Below, piece after piece: positions 57,884 through 64,000 of a stretch of DNA of 64,000 nt. This DNA is from Minisyncoccia bacterium (GTDB lineage Bacteria; Patescibacteriota; Minisyncoccia; Phycocordibacterales; JAKFXT01), in contig JBGPJO010000001.1 in NCBI GenBank assembly GCA_041485465.1, forward strand, positions 102,190 to 166,189, given 5' to 3'. The notes beneath the pieces are model-generated. The model ran no database searches. It was given only the letters and a program-made list of their open reading frames with translations, and was not told the origin of the DNA. The translations under genes and the position numbers were made by a program. Positions within the stretch are counted from its first letter, which is position 1, and each line of letters opens with the position of its first letter.

Positions 57884-58780
57884 TTATATATTCATCCCCT
57901 CAAGAGCCTCAATCCGCTCTTGAATCGGCGGGTGGGTGGAAAAGAGTTTCGCGATGTACTGACCGGCAGGATGCGCGCCGAACGGATTCACTATAAAAAG
58001 ATGGGCGGTCGTTGTTGAAGCCCGCTGCATCGGAGCTTCGTAGCTCCCCAGCTTGCGCAATGCTGACTCAAGGCCTTCGGGATAGCGGGTAAGCAAAACT
58101 CCTGAGGCATCCGCCAAAAATTCGCGGCGGCGCGATATAGCAAGTTCGATCAACTGTGCCGCAATGGGTGCAAGGATCATTGCAAGAATTGCGGCAACGG
58201 CGATCAGCACTCCCCCATCGCGATCCCTGTCCCTTCCGCCGCCCCAAAAACTTATACGAAGGAAAATATTCGCAAGTACGGAAATAAATCCGACAAGAAC
58301 AACTGCAACCGTCATCACTAAAATATCGCGATTGCCGACGTGCGAGAGCTCATGCGCTACAATTCCTTCGAGTTCATTGCGGTTCATCATGGAGAGAAGC
58401 CCTGTCGTAACGGCAACGACTGCGTGCTTTGCATTCCGTCCCGTTGAAAACGCATTTGGTGCGGTATCATTGATTATATAGACGCGCGGCTTGGGCAGGC
58501 CTGCGGTGATAGAGAGATTCTCCACGACCTGATGAAGCTCTCGATATTCTGTTTCGTCCGCAGGATACGCCCTGGCGGATGCAATCGCTACTTTGTCTGA
58601 AAACCAGTACGCTCCTATATTCATGATGATGCTTAGGGCAACGGCCGCATATAGAATTGCGGGATTGCCGAAATATTGGGCGGCAAGAAAGCCGATAAGA
58701 ATTACGAAAACAAGGAAAACGCCCATGAGAAGCCATGTTCTGAAAACATTTCTGCTTTGTTGTGTATAAAGTGTAGCCAT
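57884..58780 (-). CDS. htpX: Zinc metalloprotease HtpX (M48)
   Basis: GIVAHELSHVGNRD (HExxH), four TM helices; lemA is adjacent. Confidence 0.9.
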   Translation of the reverse strand: MATLYTQQSRNVFRTWLLMGVFLVFVILIGFLAAQYFGNPAILYAAVALSIIMNIGAYWFSDKVAIASARAYPADETEYRELHQVVENLSITAGLPKPRVYIINDTAPNAFSTGRNAKHAVVAVTTGLLSMMNRNELEGIVAHELSHVGNRDILVMTVAVVLVGFISVLANIFLRISFWGGGRDRDRDGGVLIAVAAILAMILAPIAAQLIELAISRRREFLADASGVLLTRYPEGLESALRKLGSYEAPMQRASTTTAHLFIVNPFGAHPAGQYIAKLFSTHPPIQERIEALEGMNI

Positions 58781-58814
58781 ATTAATGGTAGAATTTTTGT
58801 AGATTGATGATTAT

Positions 58815-59066
58815 ATGGGAGGAGAAGCTGTGCAAACTCCTAAGGAAAATGTCCTAAAGCGTGTGAGAGTATCTCTTACGCTCATCACCATAATCACACT
58901 CGGAGTTTGGGGAGTTGAGATGCTCGGAATGTACCTGAAGTGGTGGCATTCTTTCGGCCACATAGGCCCGGGTTTACCCACCGGCCTCACGCTATTTTAC
59001 GGAAGCATGGGAGTGGTTTGGATTTACAGCCGCTTCGATAAAAAAATGTTTTGGAAAGAACAATAA
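58815..59066 (+). CDS. Hypothetical small membrane protein
   Basis: Two hydrophobic helices; followed by a terminator hairpin at 59082-59111. Confidence 0.4.
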   Translation: MGGEAVQTPKENVLKRVRVSLTLITIITLGVWGVEMLGMYLKWWHSFGHIGPGLPTGLTLFYGSMGVVWIYSRFDKKMFWKEQ

Positions 59067-59079
59067 GAAGCCCTCGCTC

Positions 59080-59112
59080 TTCCCCCGCTTGATTACAAGC
59101 GGGGGGTTTTTA
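59080..59112. terminator. Bidirectional terminator
   Basis: cccccgc ttgattacaa gcggggg followed by a T-run. Confidence 0.6.
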
Positions 59113-59655
59113 AAACTTAACTTTCACAGGCTCGCGTGCCGCTTCCTCCCCGAGCGAAAACATCTCCATTTTAGAAAAATTAAACATTGAAGCAATGGTA
59201 TTCCCGGGGAAAACTTCAATTGCGGTGTTCAAGTCACGGGAATTGCCGTTGTAGAAACGACGGGCAGCCTGAATTTTATTCTCGGTATCCGAGAGCTCGC
59301 TCTGGAGCGCGAGAAAATTCTGATTGGCTTTGAGATCAGGATAACTCTCAGCAACAGCAAAGAGTGACTTCAACGTCTCGGAGAGGGCATTTTCCGCTTT
59401 TCCTTTTTCGGCCGTTCCGGTCGCGCTCATTGCGGCCACTCTTGCTTCCGTCACCTTGCTTAAGGTTCCCGCCTCGTGTGCTGCATAGCCCTTAACCGTC
59501 TCGACAAGATTCGGGATTAAATCATAGCGGCGCTTGAGCTGAACGTCGATATCAGCCCATGCCTCTTTCGCTCTATTAATAAGAGTAATGAAGCGGTTGT
59601 AATCGAATATGAACCAGAGTGTGATAAGGACAAGAATTCCTATGACAATATACAT
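59110..59655 (-). CDS. lemA: LemA-family protein
   Basis: N-terminal TM, ..RRYDLIPNLVETVKGYAAHE.. LemA core. Confidence 0.85.
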   Translation of the reverse strand: MYIVIGILVLITLWFIFDYNRFITLINRAKEAWADIDVQLKRRYDLIPNLVETVKGYAAHEAGTLSKVTEARVAAMSATGTAEKGKAENALSETLKSLFAVAESYPDLKANQNFLALQSELSDTENKIQAARRFYNGNSRDLNTAIEVFPGNTIASMFNFSKMEMFSLGEEAAREPVKVKF

Positions 59656-59719
59656 ATCTGTAGAGCGAATTAGGAGTAATTAATCGGATAATATTATAGC
59701 AGTTTTTCCAAATTTTTAT

Positions 59720-61375
59720 TTAATAATCCATGCCCATGCCGCCGCCCATTCCACCCGGGGTCATCGGCTTTTCTTTTTCAGGTTCATCCGCAACGGCAAC
59801 CTCAGTCGTAAGAAGAATGGCGGCGGCGGAGGCCGCGTTTTGAACCCCACTTCGCGTCACTTTTACCGGATCGATAATACCCGCGGCAAGCATATCCGGC
59901 ACGATCTCGTCTTTCATTGCGTCATACCCGGCGTTTCCTTTCGCCTGCTTCACTTTTTCGACGATAACTGATCCGTCATCCTTACCCGCGTTTATGGCAA
60001 TTTGTTTAAGAGGCATTTCAAGCGCCTTGAGAACGATACTAACGCCAACCGCAAATTCCGATTCGAAACTGCCGGAAGGAGCTTTGAGCCCTTTTTTCGA
60101 AACTTTCTCGGCCGCTTTGATGAGAGCAACACCGCCGCCCGGGACAATCCCCTCTTCAATTGCCGCCTTGGTGGCGTTGACCGCGTCCTCGATCTTCAAT
60201 TTCAAATACTTCATCTCTGTTTCAGTAGCCGCGCCAACTTTTATGACGGCAACACCGCCGGAAAGTTTTGCAATCCGCTCATCAAGCTTTTCAATATCAA
60301 ATTTTGATTCGGTTTTTTCGCGCTCCGTTTTTAAACTCTGCAATCGCGCCTCAATGTCGCCTTTCTTTCCTTTGCCGCCGACAATTATTGTTGAATCTTT
60401 TGTTGCAATGACGCGCGCGGCACGGCCGAGCATCGAGACTTCCGTATTTTCGAGTTTGAGCCCGATCTCTTCCGAAATCACTTTACCGCCGACCGTTACC
60501 GCGATGTCTTCAAGCATTTCTTTTTTCCGATCACCGTAGCCGGGAGCCTTAATCGCAAGCACATTGAATGCGCCGCGAAGTTTATTGACGATAAACGTGG
60601 CGAGCGCCTCTCCCTCAACATCATCCGCGATAATAACAACATCTTTTTTGCCTGTTGCCACGATTTTTTCAAGAAGCGGCAGAATTTCTTTGACCGTCGA
60701 GATTTTTTTATCGGTTATGAAAATTAAGGGGTCGCGGTATTCGGCTTCCATGCGCTCCGGGTTGGTTATCATGTAATGCGATACGTAGCCTTTGTCGAAT
60801 TTAAGACCTTTAACAAAATCGGACTCAATGCCAAAAGATTGCGATTCTTCGACCGTCACGACACCGTCTTTTCCGACTTTTTCGATTGTGTCGGCGATAA
60901 TCGTGCCGATTTCTTTCGATTCAGCTGAAATGGTCGCCACCTGCATGATTTCTTCTTTGCTCTTTATCGGCTTTGCAATCTCTTTCAGAGCCAAAACAAT
61001 GGCACCCGCCGCCGCTTCAATCCCATGCCGAATGCCCACCGCATTCACTCCCATCGCCGCCTGTTTTATGCCTTCAGCAACAATCGCTTGGGTCAAAATA
61101 ACCGCGGTTGTGGTGCCGTCGCCGGCAACGTCATTGGTTTTTGTCGCAACCTCTTTGGCGATTTCCGCTCCCATATTCTCGAATTTATCGGCAAGCGAAA
61201 TTTCCTTTGCAATCGTGACACCATCGTTCGTGATCGTCGGCGCTCCGTATCCTTTATCGAGAACGACATTTCTGCCGCGGGGGCCGACGGTGATTTTGAC
61301 TGCGTCCGCCACTGTATCAACCCCTTTTTTCAGAGCTTCCCTCGCTTTTTCGTTATAGAGAATTTTTTTTGCCAT
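59720..61375 (-). CDS. groEL: Chaperonin GroEL
   Basis: AKKILYNEKAREAL..GPRGRNVVL..DGTTTATVL.. and the C-terminal GGMGGGMGMDY. Confidence 0.97.
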   Translation of the reverse strand: MAKKILYNEKAREALKKGVDTVADAVKITVGPRGRNVVLDKGYGAPTITNDGVTIAKEISLADKFENMGAEIAKEVATKTNDVAGDGTTTAVILTQAIVAEGIKQAAMGVNAVGIRHGIEAAAGAIVLALKEIAKPIKSKEEIMQVATISAESKEIGTIIADTIEKVGKDGVVTVEESQSFGIESDFVKGLKFDKGYVSHYMITNPERMEAEYRDPLIFITDKKISTVKEILPLLEKIVATGKKDVVIIADDVEGEALATFIVNKLRGAFNVLAIKAPGYGDRKKEMLEDIAVTVGGKVISEEIGLKLENTEVSMLGRAARVIATKDSTIIVGGKGKKGDIEARLQSLKTEREKTESKFDIEKLDERIAKLSGGVAVIKVGAATETEMKYLKLKIEDAVNATKAAIEEGIVPGGGVALIKAAEKVSKKGLKAPSGSFESEFAVGVSIVLKALEMPLKQIAINAGKDDGSVIVEKVKQAKGNAGYDAMKDEIVPDMLAAGIIDPVKVTRSGVQNAASAAAILLTTEVAVADEPEKEKPMTPGGMGGGMGMDY

Positions 61376-61377
61376 AT

Positions 61378-61725
61378 TTATTTAACAATAGCCATAATCT
61401 CACTGTCGCGAACAAGATAGTATTCTTCGCTATCAATCACCACCTTCTCTCCCCATTGGAAAAGAACAGTATCTCCAATCTTTACCGAAACGGGAACCAA
61501 TTTCCCGTCTTCATGTTTTCCAGGGCCGGCCGCAACCACTCTGCCGCGCTTCGCTCCTGAATCTTTCTCGGCAGTTGCCGGAATAATGATTCCGGAAGCT
61601 GTTTTTTCCCTTACATCTTCAAGCGACTCTTTAATAAGCACCCGATCGCCAGTCGGCTGAATTTTTAGACTTTTTCCTCTTGGCTCTTTGATTTTTTCTT
61701 TGGTCTTTTTTACTTTTTGCTTCAT
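61378..61725 (-). CDS. groES: Co-chaperonin GroES with a ~20-aa Lys-rich N-terminal extension
   Basis: LKIQPTGDRVLIK..ASGIIIP..GRVVAAGPG.. GroES core, preceded by MKQKVKKTKEKIKEPRGKS. Confidence 0.9.
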   Translation of the reverse strand: MKQKVKKTKEKIKEPRGKSLKIQPTGDRVLIKESLEDVREKTASGIIIPATAEKDSGAKRGRVVAAGPGKHEDGKLVPVSVKIGDTVLFQWGEKVVIDSEEYYLVRDSEIMAIVK

Positions 61726-61898
61726 AGAAAATATCGCACGTCTCTTAACGTATAATCTCGTTTAATAAAAAACAGCCAAATGCTGTCTTAAGTTACCGCA
61801 TATAGTATAAGGATCAAAGCAAAAAAGCAACTCTTTTCGATCTTTTAAGATTTCTTAGATATTGCATTCAAAACGCCCCCTATGCTATACTTTTTTTA

Positions 61899-62129
61899 AT
61901 GCAGATCGTGACTCTCGTACTGCCGTACGCCCAGATCGCACTTGCGGTCACCCTCGGCCTCGGCATTCTTCTCCAGCAGCGCGGAGCAGGGCTCGGTGGC
62001 GCTTTCGGCGCGGGAGATGGATTCGGATTCAATACCCGCAGAGGTGCGGAAAAAATCCTTTTCAATGTGACGATTGTGATCGGCATTCTTTTCCTGATCT
62101 CAACACTTATCGCTCTCATTATCAAATAA
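61899..62129 (+). CDS. secG: Preprotein translocase subunit SecG
   Basis: 76 aa, two TM helices, LLQQRGAGLGGAFGAGDGFGF glycine-rich loop typical of SecG. Confidence 0.75.
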   Translation: MQIVTLVLPYAQIALAVTLGLGILLQQRGAGLGGAFGAGDGFGFNTRRGAEKILFNVTIVIGILFLISTLIALIIK

Positions 62130-62184
62130 CCAGAAACACGGGCACTATCCCTTTTTCTCTCGTCTTTCTCTTGCTTCTTTTTCC

Positions 62185-63963
62185 GTGAACGAAACAAAAA
62201 AAGAATCTGCGCGACGCCCCTTTGCGTTTCCCTATAGAAACACTCTTGAAAAAGCGGTTTCTCACCTCTCTTTCAGCGAACGTCTTATTTTTTACGTTCT
62301 TGCGGTTGCCCTTTCTCTTTCCACCCTGGTTATAGTCTTTCGCCTGAATGATTATTTGCTTGTTGAGGTGCCCGCTTACGGTGGCTCGATTGCCGAGGGT
62401 ATTATCGGCTCTCCACGGTTTATCAACCCCGTGCTTGCGATTTCTGATGCCGACCGCGATCTTACTTCACTTGTCTACTCTGGCCTCCTGAAAACAACCC
62501 CCGACGGAACACTCGTACCGGACCTCGCGGAGAGTTACAGCATTTCTGAGGATGGCTTAATATACACGTTTATCATCAAAAATAATATTTTTTTCCAAGA
62601 CGGTACGCCAGTTTCGGCGGATGATGTTGAATTCACCATTCTTAAAGCGCAGGACAGTGCCATCAAAAGCCCTAAAAGAGCAAACTGGGACTCTGTTAAA
62701 GTCGAAAAAGTAGGAGATCGTGAAATTCGCTTTACCTTAAAGCAACCTTACGCGCCGTTTCTCCAAAACACAACGATGGGTATTCTCCCGAAACATATCT
62801 GGAAAGACGTTTCAAACGACGAATTTGCTTTGAGTTATTTCAATATTGAACCGATCGGGAGTGGCCCATTCATGATCGATAGCATCACTCGGAATTCTTC
62901 AGGAATTCCCCAAAAATACCAGCTTTCTCCTTTCAAAAATTATGCTCTCGGCGAGCCGTATTTGAGTAGCTTCACACTTTCCTTCTATTCAAACGAGGCA
63001 GCGCTTATTGATGCATTTAAACGCGGTGATATAGAAAGTATTAATAGTATCACCCCTGATGAAGTTAAAGGACTCCCTATGTCCAACCAAAATCTAATTA
63101 CCACGCCGCTTTCGCGCATTTTTGCCGTCTTCTTCAACCAAAACGAGGCGCCGATTTTCGCCGATATTCATGTGCGGGAAGCCCTTAACGAGGTGGTTAA
63201 TAAAGAAGCTCTTGTTCAAAAAGTGCTCTTTGGCTTCGGCATGCCAATTGACGGCCCGGTGCCAACAGGCCTTCTTGACGAACAAAAAAGTCTGTCTCAA
63301 CCGACGACAACTCCTGACGAACAAATTCAGAATGCCCGTGCCATTCTCGAAAAGGACGGCTGGACCCTCAACGGCGATGGCATATATCAAAGAACCAATA
63401 AGAAAAAGAAAATGACTGAGATGCTTTCTTTTTCTCTCTCCACTTCTGATGTTCCGGAGTTAAAAGAGGCAGCACTAATTATCAAAGATACGTGGGAAAA
63501 AATAGGAGCAAAAGTCGACCTTAAAATCTTTGAATCGGGTGACCTCTCCCAAAATATCATCAGGCCGCGCAAGTATGATGCGCTTCTCTTCGGAGAAATC
63601 ATCGGGCAGGATCTCGATCTTTTCGCCTTTTGGCATTCTTCGCAGCGTGACGATCCCGGCTTAAACATCGCCCTCTACACAAACACGAAAACCGACAAGC
63701 TTCTCTCGGACGCACGGACAATCTCGGATCGGAGTGCCGAGCTTGAAAAATACCGCCAATTTGAAACTGAGCTTCAAAAAGATACCCCCGCCGTATTCCT
63801 CTACTCCCCCTCTTTTGTATATATCCTGCCGAAAAAGGTAAAGGGAGCAGAGCTTAGCTACATTACGGTACCATCGGACCGATTCGCTGATGTTAATGAT
63901 TGGTACACCGAAACGGAAAAAGTCTGGAAAATATTTATGAGTAAACGATTACAAAAACAATAA
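62185..63963 (+). CDS. Membrane-anchored ABC-transporter substrate-binding protein, family 5 (peptide/nickel type)
   Basis: N-terminal TM anchor, then an SBP_bac_5 fold (..YSGLLKTTPDGTLVPDLAESYSISEDGLIYTF..). Confidence 0.75.
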   Translation: MNETKKESARRPFAFPYRNTLEKAVSHLSFSERLIFYVLAVALSLSTLVIVFRLNDYLLVEVPAYGGSIAEGIIGSPRFINPVLAISDADRDLTSLVYSGLLKTTPDGTLVPDLAESYSISEDGLIYTFIIKNNIFFQDGTPVSADDVEFTILKAQDSAIKSPKRANWDSVKVEKVGDREIRFTLKQPYAPFLQNTTMGILPKHIWKDVSNDEFALSYFNIEPIGSGPFMIDSITRNSSGIPQKYQLSPFKNYALGEPYLSSFTLSFYSNEAALIDAFKRGDIESINSITPDEVKGLPMSNQNLITTPLSRIFAVFFNQNEAPIFADIHVREALNEVVNKEALVQKVLFGFGMPIDGPVPTGLLDEQKSLSQPTTTPDEQIQNARAILEKDGWTLNGDGIYQRTNKKKKMTEMLSFSLSTSDVPELKEAALIIKDTWEKIGAKVDLKIFESGDLSQNIIRPRKYDALLFGEIIGQDLDLFAFWHSSQRDDPGLNIALYTNTKTDKLLSDARTISDRSAELEKYRQFETELQKDTPAVFLYSPSFVYILPKKVKGAELSYITVPSDRFADVNDWYTETEKVWKIFMSKRLQKQ

Positions 63964-64000
63964 TGGAACAAGATCACCAAAAAGACGGAAAAAGAAATCA

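Noticed and set aside
61726-61898. CIRCE/HrcA operator upstream of groES, and a CtsR box upstream of clpB (12879-12990)
   Set aside because: I searched by eye for TTAGCACTC-N9-GAGTGCTAA and GGTCAAA repeats and found neither. Only a 5-bp hairpin (acagc..gctgt) and one TTTGAC half-site are present.
1-64000. CRISPR arrays, transposases, integrases, toxin-antitoxin pairs
   Set aside because: No regularly spaced direct repeats and no recognisable mobile-element or defence protein signatures in any frame.

Overview
This window appears to be a dense, mostly housekeeping stretch of a small, reduced bacterial genome. Average GC is about 47-50% and the genetic code looks standard (TGA is used as a stop, e.g. 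tsaD). From the gene content I infer a Patescibacteria/CPR-like or similarly streamlined organism: IF-2 is short at 502 aa, ValRS is short at 711 aa, S1 has four domains, there are many small secreted or membrane proteins, and an O-antigen-ligase/TPR fusion is present. Core genes called from the translations are serS (partial), dprA, topA, rel, parB, miaA, clpB, a NifS-like cysteine desulfurase, infB, rbfA, gyrA, rpsA, pth, lepB, rpsU, ybeY, ftsA, ftsZ, trxB, tsaD, valS, hsp20, lepA, murJ, a class-II-like RNR, htpX, lemA, groES/groEL and secG. I identified 14 tRNA genes by hand, RNase P RNA (rnpB, about 53893-54235) with a consensus sigma70 promoter, and a tiny rpmG (L33) between tRNA-Tyr and tRNA-Trp; none of these RNA genes are in the ORF track. 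The most unusual content: (1) a minus-strand cluster at 21449-25638 made of a SAM-methyltransferase, an anchored solute-binding protein and six tandem paralogous small two-TM proteins with VirB2/TrbC-pilin-like topology, with no other T4SS genes in the window. (2) Two copies of a roughly 65-nt conserved element with compensatory base changes in a hairpin, each just upstream of a minus-strand gene (the DUF192 gene and a small membrane protein gene). These sit next to a GC-rich, probably foreign, ORF and an 18-nt duplicate of the tRNA-Ser 3' end, which suggests a decayed integrative element. (3) Two GC-rich structured, promoter/terminator-delimited units in the gyrA-rpsA intergenic region, with small GTG-start ORFs. 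(4) A roughly 220-nt candidate ncRNA with a long closing helix between tRNA-Glu and tsaD. (5) A 100-nt nested palindrome upstream of trxB. (6) An HtrA-like protein and an MBL-fold protein whose catalytic residues are substituted (probable pseudo-enzymes), and a divergent HisRS-like protein. I saw no CRISPR arrays, transposases or integrases.
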